Assembly (NCBI GenBank): GCA_944324455.1
Contig: CALUWJ010000008.1
Location: 14,235 to 78,234 of the forward strand
Direction of reading: 5' to 3'
Source: Candidatus Gastranaerophilales bacterium
GTDB taxonomy: Bacteria > Cyanobacteriota > Vampirovibrionia > Gastranaerophilales > Gastranaerophilaceae
Length of the DNA stretch: 64,000 bases
Each line of letters starts with the position of its first letter. The first letter of the stretch is position 1. Position numbers and translations under genes: made by a program. Positions 26,924-38,281 of the stretch are shown here, piece after piece. Under the pieces are notes generated by a model. The model searched no databases, was not told where the DNA came from, and saw only the letters and a program-made list of their open reading frames with translations.

Positions 26924-28447
26924 TTGTATAATTCAATTTATCCTATAAATATAAATTACAGAAAACAAAACATTTCTCGCAACAATGAAGATGCGCAGTC
27001 AAATGCTTCTAATCCTGCTGTTTTAGATAATAATAACCAAAAAAATAAACAAAACACATTCCCCAATGGCACAAAAGTTGCTATTGATTATACAAAAGGA
27101 CAAATAAATATAAGCCAGGTCTTAACGGATTTCAGAAGTACAATTCTTGCCATTAACGCACCAGAGGACGTTAGCGAAGAAGTTAATATGTATTTAGATC
27201 TTGTAGATAGAGAATCTAAAAAAGAAAATCCGTCAAGAGAGATTATTCTTGCTAACTTAAAAAATGCTTCAAGAATTTCTGATGCTTATATAGCAAAAAG
27301 TTTGAATAAACCATCAAATGTTGTTGAAGGATGGATTGACGCACTCTTTTTGCAAAAAATCAATATTAAAGCAAACCCCGATGAAATAAATCCTGATTTT
27401 CTTCTTGAATTTCCTAAAAAAGCTCAAGCTAAAATTGATGCTGCAAAAAAAGAACAACCTGAAATTCAAACTGCTCAAGAATTAAATAAAACTCAAACAG
27501 ATGAAGAAATAAAAGAAAATCAAACTATTGAAGAAACTCCAGATAAAGAGCAACAACCATCGACTATTTTTTCAGATGAGCAAAAACCTGAAAAAATTGA
27601 AATTGAAAGTGAAATTGAAATTTCACAACCTGAAATTCAAAAAAATGAAATCAAAATTATAGATACACTAAAAACCCCCTTTAGCCCCATAAATGAAATT
27701 GATACAAAAGCTAAAACACTGTTCTCACAAGCAAAAAAACAACCCGACAACAACCAAGGAGATACTAAAGCAATAAATTTATTAAACGAAGCTTTAGGAG
27801 TACTTTCTCAAAGTAGTGAGTTTAATGAAAATATAAAAGCTGCAATTCATTTTGAAAGAGGCAGAATTTTTGACAACTACGACTATGTCGATTACGCTCT
27901 TAGGGATTATTGGGAAGCAACCAAAGCAGATGATTTAAATTTAAAAGCAAAAGCTTTTTATAAATCAGGTCAAATTTATGATGAATTCAAAGAATATTCG
28001 CCCGCTCTTGATAATTATTTATCAAGCGTTGCATATAGCGGTGAAGCCGACAATTCAAGTGCACAAGCCTGCGTGTTATCTAAAATTGCTTCCCTATTTA
28101 CAAAACAATATGATATAAACAACACTCTAAATTATTCTGATTTAGCAATCGAAACAGCGCTTGATTCCAATAGCGATAAGATAATTGCGCAAACTTATTC
28201 ATCCACAGCTCAAAACTATCAATACTTGGGAGAAAATGATAAAGCAATAGATAACTACAAAAATGCTCTTGCAGTTTTTTCAAGAACAGATGAGAGCCCT
28301 GAAGAAATTGCACACAACTATGAACAAGCTGCAATAGTTATGGAAAAATTAGGAAATCATGCTAAGGCAGAGAAGCTTCAATTGAAGGCAAATCGATATT
28401 ATCAAATAGCCCAACAACAGCAGGCGCAGTTGGAACAAGCAAGTTAA
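26924..28447 (+). CDS. hypothetical protein with TPR-like C-terminal half
   Basis: 507-aa ORF, TTG start with AGGGG upstream. C-terminal A..Y...G.....A...Y..A repeats. Confidence 0.55.
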   Translation: MYNSIYPININYRKQNISRNNEDAQSNASNPAVLDNNNQKNKQNTFPNGTKVAIDYTKGQINISQVLTDFRSTILAINAPEDVSEEVNMYLDLVDRESKKENPSREIILANLKNASRISDAYIAKSLNKPSNVVEGWIDALFLQKINIKANPDEINPDFLLEFPKKAQAKIDAAKKEQPEIQTAQELNKTQTDEEIKENQTIEETPDKEQQPSTIFSDEQKPEKIEIESEIEISQPEIQKNEIKIIDTLKTPFSPINEIDTKAKTLFSQAKKQPDNNQGDTKAINLLNEALGVLSQSSEFNENIKAAIHFERGRIFDNYDYVDYALRDYWEATKADDLNLKAKAFYKSGQIYDEFKEYSPALDNYLSSVAYSGEADNSSAQACVLSKIASLFTKQYDINNTLNYSDLAIETALDSNSDKIIAQTYSSTAQNYQYLGENDKAIDNYKNALAVFSRTDESPEEIAHNYEQAAIVMEKLGNHAKAEKLQLKANRYYQIAQQQQAQLEQAS

Positions 28448-29420
28448 TTTTCTGATTTTCAACTTTTTTATCTTGTTTCATTATTTCAATAATATCTGTC
28501 TTTTTATATTTTATTTCCTTTTGAAGCAATTGAAATTTATTTAAAAGATAATCAATTCTATTAAAATAATCTCTATCAATTATTCCAAGATTATATGATA
28601 ATTTAGCTGCGCAATTTATCCCGTAAGCCACAGCCTCACCATGGGAAATTTTTTTATAATTAGATAAAGTTTCAACAGCGTGCGCGTATGTGTGTCCAAA
28701 ATTTAATATTTTTCTTAAACTCCCTTCTAATCTATCCAGTTCAACAACCCTTGCTTTTAAATGAACACAAGCTTTAATAATATATTCAATTTCTTTTTTT
28801 ACATCCAAACTTTGATACTTTGATAATACATCTAATAAATTGTAATTAATTTCACATTTACAAGATTTTTCAATTAATGCATATTTAACGATTTCACCCA
28901 ATCCACACTTATATTGATATTCATTTAAAGTATTTAAAAAAACAGGGTCAATCAAAACCTTATTTGCTAAATAAAATGAACCAATTAAATTTTTTCCATA
29001 TTGAGAATTAAAACCTGTTTTTCCGCCAATAGATGAATCACACATTGCAAGTAATGTTGTAGGAATTTGAATTAATTTAACACCCCTTAAGACACTGCTT
29101 GCACAAAACCCTGCCAAATCTCCAACAACTCCGCCGCCAAGAGCGACAATAGTATCTTTTCTTTCAATTTTTTCTTTTAAGAGTTTATTTATAATTTGAG
29201 TATAGGTTTTAATATTTTTATATTTTTCACCATCTTTAATAATAATTACTCTTTTTTTATCAAATTTTTTTACAATATCAGAATACAATTTTGCAAGAGT
29301 ATCATTAGTTATAAGAAAAAAATTATCATTAATAAAATCTTCAATTGAATTAATTAATCCTTTTTCAATTAAGATTTCACTTTTTATATTTTCATTTGAT
29401 GAAATTACAATTTTTTCCAT
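28362..29420 (-). CDS. aroB: 3-dehydroquinate synthase
   Basis: GGGVVGDLAGF nucleotide-binding motif and HGEAVA metal-site region. Confidence 0.9.
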   Translation of the reverse strand: MEKIVISSNENIKSEILIEKGLINSIEDFINDNFFLITNDTLAKLYSDIVKKFDKKRVIIIKDGEKYKNIKTYTQIINKLLKEKIERKDTIVALGGGVVGDLAGFCASSVLRGVKLIQIPTTLLAMCDSSIGGKTGFNSQYGKNLIGSFYLANKVLIDPVFLNTLNEYQYKCGLGEIVKYALIEKSCKCEINYNLLDVLSKYQSLDVKKEIEYIIKACVHLKARVVELDRLEGSLRKILNFGHTYAHAVETLSNYKKISHGEAVAYGINCAAKLSYNLGIIDRDYFNRIDYLLNKFQLLQKEIKYKKTDIIEIMKQDKKVENQKINLLVPTAPAVVGLFDNIDLPSIEASLP

Positions 29421-29923
29421 AAAACATCCAGAATTTCTTTTTTAATATCATCTACACTTTTATTATCCGTATTTATTTTAAGGTTTGCAAGATTGTAATA
29501 TTTTTCTCTTTCTAAAAGTATTTTTTCAATTTCATTTTTTGGATTATCAACCAACAATAGCGGACGATTAAAGTCGTTTTTAATTCTTTCATAAATTGAA
29601 TTTACTTCAGCTTTTAAATAAATTGTAAAAATATCAGAATTAAATAAAATATCTCTGTTTTCATTAGCCAAAACAACCCCGCCGCCGCAGGATAAAATAA
29701 AATTATCACAAGATGAAATTTTCTTTAAAATTTTAGTTTCAATTTCTCTAAATTTCTTTTCACCAAATTGTTTAAAAAAATCTTTTATTTTTATTGCATT
29801 TTCTTTTTCAAAAATCTCATCGGCTTCAAAAAGATTATATTTTGTCTCAATCGCCAATAGTTTTGCTATTGTACTTTTTCCACACCCCATCATCCCAATA
29901 AGTGCAATTTTATTATATTTCAT
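29405..29923 (-). CDS. aroK: shikimate kinase
   Basis: GMMGCGKSTIAK P-loop, 172 aa, between aroC and aroB. Confidence 0.85.
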   Translation of the reverse strand: MKYNKIALIGMMGCGKSTIAKLLAIETKYNLFEADEIFEKENAIKIKDFFKQFGEKKFREIETKILKKISSCDNFILSCGGGVVLANENRDILFNSDIFTIYLKAEVNSIYERIKNDFNRPLLLVDNPKNEIEKILLEREKYYNLANLKINTDNKSVDDIKKEILDVLWKKL

Positions 29924-31034
29924 TTATCCTCTTAATATAATATTCAAAAGAATTATCAATATCTATTTTACAATCAGAACCAAATTTATCCAAAAAAGCA
30001 TCCAAAATTACTATTGCACTCATATTTTTTGCAACAACTCCACAAGCATAAACAGCGCAATTATCCGCCCTTTCAAAATGTGCTAAAGAAGCATTGTGTG
30101 TTTTCATTTCAACACTGTTTAGTGCTTTTTTCATTGTCGGAATAGGTTTCATTGCAACAGTTAAAATAATATCTTCGCCGTTAGACATTCCGCCTTCAAT
30201 TCCGCCTGAATTATTTGTTTTATGATGATAATTTTCATCATAAAATATTTCATCATGAGAATTATAGCCTGAAATTTGCGCGTAATTTTTACCCAAACCA
30301 ATTTCAACAGATTTTATTGCAGGAATTGACATTAAAGCTTGTGCTAATTTACCATCAAGTCTTTTATCCCAATGAATAAAACTACCCAAACCAATAGGAA
30401 CATTTTTAATTATAACCTTGATAATCCCGCCAAGGCTGTCGCCTTCTTTTTGATAAGTTTTAATATATTCATCAAAATCTTTTTTATTATTACATTCACC
30501 TATAGATAAAATTTCAAAAGAAAAATCAATATTATAATATTTTAAAATATTTTGACATATTGCACCAACTGCTACTCTTGTTGCTGTTTCTCTAGCACTT
30601 GAGCGTTCTAGGACATATCTTATATCATCAAATCCATATTTCATTGTACCTGCTAAATCAGCATGGGCAGGACGAAAACGATTTATTTTTTTATCATTAA
30701 TTTTATTTTTGATTTCATCAGCTAAATTTTTATCTAAATGTAAAAAATCTATCTTTTCAACACTCATCGGATAAACCCAATTTTGCCAATCTTTATTTTC
30801 TATTTCAATCAAAATAGGGCTTGCTGTTGTAATTGCGTGGCGAACTCCTGATTTAATTTTAATTTTATCCTTTTCAATTTTCATTCTGCCGCCTCTACCA
30901 ACACCTTCTTGGCGAGCAGCAAGCTCAGAATTTATAAAATCAAAATCAAGCTCATAACCATAAGGAATTCCCTCTATTATTGCATTTAAAGATTGTCCGT
31001 GGGATTCACCCGAAGTTAAAAATCTAATTGCCAT
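29913..31034 (-). CDS. aroC: chorismate synthase
   Basis: FLTSGESHG N-terminus. Start set at MAIRF (31034), giving a TAATG overlap with the upstream gene. Confidence 0.9.
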   Translation of the reverse strand: MAIRFLTSGESHGQSLNAIIEGIPYGYELDFDFINSELAARQEGVGRGGRMKIEKDKIKIKSGVRHAITTASPILIEIENKDWQNWVYPMSVEKIDFLHLDKNLADEIKNKINDKKINRFRPAHADLAGTMKYGFDDIRYVLERSSARETATRVAVGAICQNILKYYNIDFSFEILSIGECNNKKDFDEYIKTYQKEGDSLGGIIKVIIKNVPIGLGSFIHWDKRLDGKLAQALMSIPAIKSVEIGLGKNYAQISGYNSHDEIFYDENYHHKTNNSGGIEGGMSNGEDIILTVAMKPIPTMKKALNSVEMKTHNASLAHFERADNCAVYACGVVAKNMSAIVILDAFLDKFGSDCKIDIDNSFEYYIKRINEI

Positions 31035-31798
31035 TAAACCATCACCCAAGGTTTTTCTTCTTTTGCAATAATAACTTCAACTTTTGTTTTAGCTATTAAC
31101 CCTTGAATTAAAGGCAAAACCGGCAACTCTGATTCAAAATGTCCAACATCTATAACAGCAAAACCTTCAACTTCAAGAGCTTTATGGAATTTTATATCAC
31201 CTGTTATATAAACATCGACATCATAATCTTTAATCTTATCAACAAATCCGCCGCCGCTGCCTGCACAAATTGCAATATTTTTAACTATTGAAACATTATT
31301 AGGATTAATTAATTTAACAGAATCTAAATTTAGTGCTTGCTTAACATTATCTATTAATTGCTCAAGCGCTAATTCATCTTTTAGATGTGCAATTTTAATA
31401 TAATCTTCAACGGTTACAAGGTTTTGCAACCCTAAAACTCCACACAATGCATCAGTTGTTGAACCATACGTTTTATCCAAATTAGTGTGTGCACTATACA
31501 CACATATATTATTTCTAATTGCTTCAGCAATAAGAGCGTTATCAATTTTTTTAATTGAATTAAAAATCAAAGGATGATGAGTAATGATTAAATCGCAATC
31601 ATTTGTTATAGCTTGCTCTAATACATCTTTGGTTAAAGATAAAGCAACTAAAACTTTATTAGTATAATCATGACCCAAATTTATTTGCCAACCTGAATTA
31701 TCCCAAGGTTCAGCTAATTCAAGCGAAGCATATTTTTCAATTTTAGAAATAATATAATCAGTTTTAATCACAGACAACCTCCAGAATTTTTTTAGCAA
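31034..31798 (-). CDS. NIF3/YbgI-family dinuclear metal centre protein
   Basis: AEPWDNSGWQ and ITHHPLIF motifs. An alternative GTG start at 31768 would remove the overlap with coaBC. Confidence 0.8.
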   Translation of the reverse strand: MLKKFWRLSVIKTDYIISKIEKYASLELAEPWDNSGWQINLGHDYTNKVLVALSLTKDVLEQAITNDCDLIITHHPLIFNSIKKIDNALIAEAIRNNICVYSAHTNLDKTYGSTTDALCGVLGLQNLVTVEDYIKIAHLKDELALEQLIDNVKQALNLDSVKLINPNNVSIVKNIAICAGSGGGFVDKIKDYDVDVYITGDIKFHKALEVEGFAVIDVGHFESELPVLPLIQGLIAKTKVEVIIAKEEKPWVMV

Positions 31799-32936
31799 TG
31801 TTATCTTTGGAATCTAGTTCTATATTTATAATTTTACCACTTTTTTCAATTATTGTAACCCTGTTTTTATCTGTATTTAGTGCTGTTTGAACATCATTTG
31901 CAATTATATAATCCAAATTTTTATTCACTAATTTATTTTTAGCACAATTAATTATATCTTTATCAGCTAAACAAAATCCAATTATTTTTTGATTTTCTTT
32001 TTTAGTTTGAGCAATAGTTTTTACAACATCTGGATTTTTTACCAATTTTAATTGAAAATCATCCTTAATATCTTCTTTTGAAATTTTAAATTCAGATACA
32101 TTATCCACCCTAAAATCACCAACCGCAGCCGCCATAATAAGATAATCAAACTCTTGTTTTTTCAATTCATCAAGCATTTCGAGTGCAGAATTTACTTTAA
32201 TAATCGGATAATTTCTACTAAAATCAATAGATGAAATTACATTTACATCATAACCAAAGTTATAAGCCCAATCAGCAAGAGAAATTCCCATTTTTCCTGA
32301 TGAATAATTTGAAATATATCTAACTGAATCAATTTTTTCTCTTGTGCCGCCTATTGTAACAATAACTTTTTTATTATTATTCTCTATCTTTTGAAAAATT
32401 AATCTTTTAGTTTTTTGAAAAATTAAATCAATATCTGCTAATCTTCCAACCCCATTAGTTCCACAAGCAAGAAAACCAACTTCACAATCCATAAAATAAC
32501 AACCATTTGATTTTAATTTTTTAATGTTTTCTTGAATAACTGGATTATTATACATATCCTTATTCATTGCAGGAGCTAATAATATTGGTTTTTTTGAACC
32601 CAAAAAAGCACAAAAGATGCTTGTTAATAAATTATCCGCAAAACCAAAAGAACATTTTGAAATAGTATTGGCACTAATTGGCGCAACAACAAAAACATCT
32701 GCCCAATCAACAAGCGAAATATGCTCTACATCAACCCTTGGGTCAAATTGTTTACAATATACCTTTTCTGCTGTTAATGTCTCTAAAACCAAAGGAGAAA
32801 CGAAATTAAGCGCATTTTCTGTTAAAACAACTTTTACATTAAATCCATTTTTTTTATATAGCCTAATCAACTCATAAGCTTTATATGAAGCAATAGATGA
32901 AGTTATTCCAAGAAGAATATTTTTAGTATTAACCAT
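31764..32936 (-). CDS. coaBC: bifunctional phosphopantothenoylcysteine decarboxylase/synthetase
   Basis: Flavoprotein N-domain (ILLGITSSIASYKA) plus DFP C-domain (SSGKMG). Start set at MVNTKN (32936). Confidence 0.9.
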   Translation of the reverse strand: MVNTKNILLGITSSIASYKAYELIRLYKKNGFNVKVVLTENALNFVSPLVLETLTAEKVYCKQFDPRVDVEHISLVDWADVFVVAPISANTISKCSFGFADNLLTSIFCAFLGSKKPILLAPAMNKDMYNNPVIQENIKKLKSNGCYFMDCEVGFLACGTNGVGRLADIDLIFQKTKRLIFQKIENNNKKVIVTIGGTREKIDSVRYISNYSSGKMGISLADWAYNFGYDVNVISSIDFSRNYPIIKVNSALEMLDELKKQEFDYLIMAAAVGDFRVDNVSEFKISKEDIKDDFQLKLVKNPDVVKTIAQTKKENQKIIGFCLADKDIINCAKNKLVNKNLDYIIANDVQTALNTDKNRVTIIEKSGKIINIELDSKDNIAKKILEVVCD

Positions 32937-33504
32937 TATTTGTTTCCTTATTGTATATTGCAATTAATTCATCAACTGCTTTATCTACAACATCATTTTC
33001 AATAACATAATGGAATTTATCTGCATTATTCAATTCTTCTTTTGCAGCTTTAAGTCTTTTTAAAATACTTGCTTCATCTTCACTGTGTCTACCTCTTAAA
33101 CGTTTTTCAAGTTCTTCAAAAGTTGGAGGTTTGATAAAAATAGTAACAGCATCGGGACATTTCTTCATAACCTGAAGTGCACCTTGAAGTTCGATTTCAA
33201 GAAGAACGCTTTTACCTTCATTTATTTTTTGCGCTACAAAATTTTTATTTGTACCGTAGTAATTACCGCTATAACAAGCATATTCTAAAAACATATCTTC
33301 ACTAATCATTTTTTCAAATTCTTCTTTAGAAATGAAAAAATAATGCATGCCGTTGATTTCACCATCTCTTGGTTGTCTTGTTGTATTTGAAATAGAATAA
33401 ACAATATTATTATCTACTTTTTTAAAAAAATCAGATAGTATTGTCCCTTTTCCAACACCTGATGGACCTGTAAATATAATTAATTTTGCTTGTTTTTTAT
33501 TCAT
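32929..33504 (-). CDS. gmk: guanylate kinase
   Basis: GPSGVGKGT P-loop, TTRQPRDGE motif. Confidence 0.9.
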   Translation of the reverse strand: MNKKQAKLIIFTGPSGVGKGTILSDFFKKVDNNIVYSISNTTRQPRDGEINGMHYFFISKEEFEKMISEDMFLEYACYSGNYYGTNKNFVAQKINEGKSVLLEIELQGALQVMKKCPDAVTIFIKPPTFEELEKRLRGRHSEDEASILKRLKAAKEELNNADKFHYVIENDVVDKAVDELIAIYNKETNNG

Positions 33505-33562
33505 ATAAACCTAAGAAATTTTGTAATTACTTAATTATATAATAAATTTAAAAATTGTCTAT

Positions 33563-33592
33563 TAAAAACCCTCAAGCAATCTTGAGGGTTTT
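33563..33592 (-). terminator. terminator hairpin after rpoD
   Basis: aaaaaccctcaag-caatc-ttgagggttttt. Confidence 0.55.
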
Positions 33593-33596
33593 TATT

Positions 33597-34670
33597 TTAA
33601 ACTTCAACATACTCTTTTAAACGTTTAGAACGATTTGGATGACGTAATTTTCTTAAAGCTTTTGCTTCAATTTGACGAATACGTTCACGAGTAACGCCGA
33701 ATAATTGACCAACTTCTTCTAATGTTCTTTGTCTTCCATCATCCATACCAAAACGCAATCTTAAAACATCACGTTCACGAGCTGATAGAGAGCCTAAAAC
33801 TTCAGCCAAATCTTCTCTTAATAATTCATGAGCAACCGTTTTAACAGGAGCATCAGCATCTTTATCTTCTATAAAATCACCAAGGCGAGAATCTTCTTCT
33901 TTTCCGATGGGAGTTTCAAGAGATAAAGGCTCTTGCGCAACTTTAATTATTTCTCTTAACTTATTAATTGAAATACCCATTTCTGCTGATAATTCTTCTT
34001 CAGATGGTTTTCTTGCAAGCTCTTGAGCTAATTTTCTTGTAACTTTTTTAAGTTTATTGATTGTTTCAACCATATGAACAGGAATTCTGATTGTTCTTGC
34101 TTGGTCTGCTATTGCTCTTGTAATTGCTTGTCTAATCCACCAAGTTGCATAAGTTGAGAACTTATAACCTCTTTCATGGTCAAATTTCTCAGCAGCTCTA
34201 ATCAAACCTAGGTTTCCTTCTTGGATTAAATCTAAGAATAACATACCGCGACCAACATATTTTTTAGCAATAGAAACAACAAGACGCAAGTTTGCTTGAA
34301 CAAGCTTTCTTTTTGCAACAGCACCTGAATTTCCACCTGCAACAATTTTTCTTGCTAAATCTATTTCTTCATCTGCAGTCAAAAGTTTAATTCTGCCAAT
34401 TTCTCTTAAATACATTCTTACAGGGTCATCAACAGAAATTCCGCGCGGAATTGAAATATCATTTTCATTTTGGTCATCTTCATCATCATTTTGATCAAAA
34501 AAGTGAGATACAGAAGATGTTTCAACAGTGCTAACTCCTTGAGTTCTCATAATATTGGAGATGTTATCAGTTTCAAGTTCACTGCCTTCAAAAAATTCAT
34601 CATCTTCCATAACTTCCGATTTATCAATTACGCTTATTACAGAACTTTCGGGATTTCTTTTTCTGCTCAT
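33597..34670 (-). CDS. rpoD: primary RNA polymerase sigma factor (group 1)
   Basis: [14 protein letters not shown] region 2.4, regions 3 and 4 present, C-terminal [16 protein letters not shown]. Downstream of dnaG. Confidence 0.9.
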   Translation of the reverse strand: MSRKRNPESSVISVIDKSEVMEDDEFFEGSELETDNISNIMRTQGVSTVETSSVSHFFDQNDDEDDQNENDISIPRGISVDDPVRMYLREIGRIKLLTADEEIDLARKIVAGGNSGAVAKRKLVQANLRLVVSIAKKYVGRGMLFLDLIQEGNLGLIRAAEKFDHERGYKFSTYATWWIRQAITRAIADQARTIRIPVHMVETINKLKKVTRKLAQELARKPSEEELSAEMGISINKLREIIKVAQEPLSLETPIGKEEDSRLGDFIEDKDADAPVKTVAHELLREDLAEVLGSLSARERDVLRLRFGMDDGRQRTLEEVGQLFGVTRERIRQIEAKALRKLRHPNRSKRLKEYVEV

Positions 34671-34691
34671 TTAATTTATTCTCCAATCTTA

Positions 34692-36566
34692 TTATTGTTG
34701 TTGTAATTCTTGAAAGAACTCTTGAGATAATTTAAGTTTTTCTTCTTGTGAAAGTGTATTATCTTTTAACATTTTTCTTAAATTTTCCTTTTTATTTTGT
34801 TCTTTCAATTTTGCCAATCGGATAAAAGTTTCATCTACCGCCCTTTTGTAATCTTCTAAAGATAAGTTGTTAAATACATGCGAAGAGAAAATATTATCTG
34901 AAATTTTCTTTTGGATATGCTGTTCATTATAAAACTCAAGAAAAAGTTTTTTTGCTAGTTCATCAACATTATTTACTTGCGCAAGATTTTTGTCAATTAC
35001 ATTAAGAATTTTAGCATTGTCTTCATTTTCACAAATATAAGAACTTATCTTTTCGCTAAAATAATTTCTTTCTTCAGTTTTAAGAGCAGCAAATGCCAAT
35101 TTTATTAAGTTTTCTTCCATTAATTCATACTGACTTTTTGAATCATTTTTAATAATTTTTCTTGAATTAAAGGATTGTTCATTTTCTATTTTTAAAATTC
35201 CAAATTCATCTGTTTGTTTATTAAGAATTTGTGTTTTTAAAATTGTTTGTGACACATCTAATTTAAAAGATGCGACTTTTATATAATCGTCCAAAATTAC
35301 AGGATTTTTAATTTGAGCCAAAATATCGGCAATTTGTATGACATAAGAACTTTTTTCCTGAGGGGTGATGTCGCCCTTTATGGTTTCATAAATTTGATTT
35401 AGCTGATAATCTAATAACAAGGGTGCTTGTTCAACTTTTTTTAAATATTCTTCACCGCCAAATTCTCTTATAAATTCATCCGGATCTTTGCCTTGAATTT
35501 CTTGAACAACCCTTATTTCGCAAACATTATCAGTTGTATTTTGAAAATTAGAATCATATTGTTTAATATCACCTAAGGCGCAAAAAATATTTTTAATAAC
35601 CTCAGCCCCATGCTCAATAGCTTTTTTGCCGGCAGAATCCGTATCAAACGCAAGAAATATTCTTCTTGAAGGACAAAAACGACTTATAAGCCTTATATGC
35701 TGGGGGGTAAGAGCAGTTCCGCAAGTTGCAACAGCATTTTCTACCCCGCCAAGGTGTGCTGAAATTACATCAAAATACCCCTCCATAAATATTACGCTGT
35801 CATTTTTAGATATTGACTCCTTTGCTCGATTTAAACCGAACAAAACAGCGCTTTTATTATATATAACGCTTTCGGGTGAATTTATATATTTAGGCATTTG
35901 TCCGTCTATAATTGCTCTTGCGCCAAATGCAATTGTATTTGAATTTACATCTTTAATTGGAATAATAATTCTATTTTTAAATCTGTCATAAAACACACCG
36001 TCTTTTTCATAAACAAGACCTGCTTTATTTAATTCATCAATCGTGAAGCCAAGATTTGTTAAATAATTTTTTAATTCAAAATGGCCTTTTGGAGCAAGCC
36101 CTAAAGAAAACTTTGAAATTGCAATTTCATTAATTCCTCTTTTTTCTAAATACTCAAGAGCTTTTTGATTAGATTCAAGATTTCTTGAAAAATATTTTTG
36201 AGCCTGCTCCATTGCATCATAGAGTCTATCTTTTTCTGCTTTATAGTTTGCATTGTTTTTATTGTTTTTCTTTGGAAGCTCAATTCCAAAAATCGACGCT
36301 TGTTCTTCAATAACTTCAGCAAATGATTGATTATTTATTTTCATCAAGAATGTCAATACATCGCCGCCTTCACCGCAACCAAAACATTTAAAAATTTGCT
36401 TATCAGGAGTAACAACAAAAGAAGGTGTTTTCTCATTATGAAAAGGACAAAGCCCTTGATAATTTCTGCCTGTCTTTTTCAATACAACATATCTAGATAC
36501 AACATCGACTATATCCAGTTGATTTTTTATCTGCTCGACCGCTTGCTGGTAAGTAACTTCCGACAT
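34692..36566 (-). CDS. dnaG: DNA primase
   Basis: CPFHNEKTPSF..CFGCGEGGD zinc finger, TOPRIM (EGYFDV) region. Confidence 0.9.
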   Translation of the reverse strand: MSEVTYQQAVEQIKNQLDIVDVVSRYVVLKKTGRNYQGLCPFHNEKTPSFVVTPDKQIFKCFGCGEGGDVLTFLMKINNQSFAEVIEEQASIFGIELPKKNNKNNANYKAEKDRLYDAMEQAQKYFSRNLESNQKALEYLEKRGINEIAISKFSLGLAPKGHFELKNYLTNLGFTIDELNKAGLVYEKDGVFYDRFKNRIIIPIKDVNSNTIAFGARAIIDGQMPKYINSPESVIYNKSAVLFGLNRAKESISKNDSVIFMEGYFDVISAHLGGVENAVATCGTALTPQHIRLISRFCPSRRIFLAFDTDSAGKKAIEHGAEVIKNIFCALGDIKQYDSNFQNTTDNVCEIRVVQEIQGKDPDEFIREFGGEEYLKKVEQAPLLLDYQLNQIYETIKGDITPQEKSSYVIQIADILAQIKNPVILDDYIKVASFKLDVSQTILKTQILNKQTDEFGILKIENEQSFNSRKIIKNDSKSQYELMEENLIKLAFAALKTEERNYFSEKISSYICENEDNAKILNVIDKNLAQVNNVDELAKKLFLEFYNEQHIQKKISDNIFSSHVFNNLSLEDYKRAVDETFIRLAKLKEQNKKENLRKMLKDNTLSQEEKLKLSQEFFQELQQQ

Positions 36567-36699
36567 TTCTTAATCTTATAAACTCATTTCTTTTCTGTCT
36601 TGTTTTAACACCAAAACAACAAGTTTTAAAGGGTATTTTTAAAAATAGTTTAAAAAAGTTTACAAGCATGGGTCTTTATGGTTAAATTTACTTGTTAGT

Positions 36700-37632
36700 G
36701 TGGTTTATAGTATGGGCGAAAAAAATCTTGAAAATATAATCTCATACCTTAATGATAAACTTAAACATAAAAAGGATTATGTTTCATTTTTTAAAGAGCT
36801 AAAAAACGAGTGTAATTATAATGAATTAATATTAATCTATAAATTTATCTTGGAAAATTCATCAGACATAATTCTTTTAGATTATTTAATAAGAGAAATA
36901 AATTCACAAAAAGATAAAAACTGTCTGCCATTTTTAATAGATTTTATTCTAAGACAAAATAACAACAATGATTTTTTAAATTTAAAAGTTTTAGCAATTA
37001 AAACTATATCCAATTTTAAAGATACAAGCTCTGTAACAGCGCTTATGTATTGCTTAAATGATAAAAATTCAAACTACAAAATAAGACTTTCTGCAGCTGA
37101 AGCTCTAGGTAAAATTGGCGACAAAAATGCCTTTGAAACACTTGGCAATATTGCTTGCGATGAAAAAGAAAAATCAGCCTATGTTAAAGAATCAGCTGTT
37201 ATTGCACTTGGTATGCTTGGAGATAAAAGAGCACTTAAAGTTTTTAATTCAATTATTAATACCAAGCAAATGTTCTTATCTAAATTTTCATATCTAAAAG
37301 AACGCATTGTTGAAGCAATGTCGAAACTTGATTTAGAAAAAGATGCAATGGCATTAAACATACTAAAAAAATCACTCCTTGACCCGTCAGCAAGAGTTAG
37401 GATAGGAACAATTGAAACATTAATGAATTCAAATATTTCTGAAAGTTATGATTTAATATATGAAAGACTTAAATTTGATGATGATATTGAAGTTAAAAAA
37501 AATGCCCTGGTTGCACTATACAATATGACAGATAGAAAAATTTTAGACGAAGTTACAAATGGCGATTTTTGTGATGAATTAAAAAACTATGCAAAAGAAA
37601 TTATAATTGAATACGAGGAAAACAATGAATAA
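36700..37632 (+). CDS. HEAT (PBS-lyase type) repeat protein
   Basis: Repeats such as RLSAAEALGKIGDKNAFETL and ESAVIALGMLGDKRALKVF. GTG start, or ATG at 36712. Confidence 0.65.
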   Translation: MVYSMGEKNLENIISYLNDKLKHKKDYVSFFKELKNECNYNELILIYKFILENSSDIILLDYLIREINSQKDKNCLPFLIDFILRQNNNNDFLNLKVLAIKTISNFKDTSSVTALMYCLNDKNSNYKIRLSAAEALGKIGDKNAFETLGNIACDEKEKSAYVKESAVIALGMLGDKRALKVFNSIINTKQMFLSKFSYLKERIVEAMSKLDLEKDAMALNILKKSLLDPSARVRIGTIETLMNSNISESYDLIYERLKFDDDIEVKKNALVALYNMTDRKILDEVTNGDFCDELKNYAKEIIIEYEENNE

Positions 37633-38281
37633 AACAGGAATAATATTATTATCAGGAGGTTTAGACAGTTTAGTTTCTCTTGATATTGCAAGAAAAAAAT
37701 GCTCAATAACAAGAGCATTAACTTTTGACTACGGACAAAAAGCTTTTAGCGAAGAAAAACTTGCAGCAATTGAAATTTGCAAATTTTATAAAATCGAAAG
37801 CGAAATTATAGAACTTCCTTTTTTAAAAAAAATGTTAAATAATGCCCTAACTAATGAAAATGACGATAAATTGAATGATTTTAATTCTGTTTGGATACCT
37901 AATCGCAACGGTTTATTTTTAAATATTGCCGCATCTTACTGCGACAACTATAAAATAGATTATATTATCTTTGGTGCAAACAAAGAAGAAGCAAGAAATT
38001 TTAGCGACAACAGTAAAGAATATATAGAAATTTCAAATGATTTTTTTAAATTATCAACTCAAAAAAAACCGCTTGTTATAGCACCTTGTATTGATATGGA
38101 TAAAACAGACATAGTTAACTATGCAATTGAAAATAATGCACCTTTTAAATTTTTAAAAAGCTGCTACAACTCAAAAGAAAACACAAATAAAAAACATTGC
38201 GGAAAATGTATGTCATGCAAACTTTTATATAATGCCATTTTAAGCAGCAAAAAACCTGATTTAATTAAGGAGATTTTTTAA
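37625..38281 (+). CDS. queC: 7-cyano-7-deazaguanine synthase
   Basis: ILLSGGLDS PP-loop and C-terminal Cys cluster (C...CGKCMSC). Start set at MNKTGI. Confidence 0.85.
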   Translation: MNKTGIILLSGGLDSLVSLDIARKKCSITRALTFDYGQKAFSEEKLAAIEICKFYKIESEIIELPFLKKMLNNALTNENDDKLNDFNSVWIPNRNGLFLNIAASYCDNYKIDYIIFGANKEEARNFSDNSKEYIEISNDFFKLSTQKKPLVIAPCIDMDKTDIVNYAIENNAPFKFLKSCYNSKENTNKKHCGKCMSCKLLYNAILSSKKPDLIKEIF

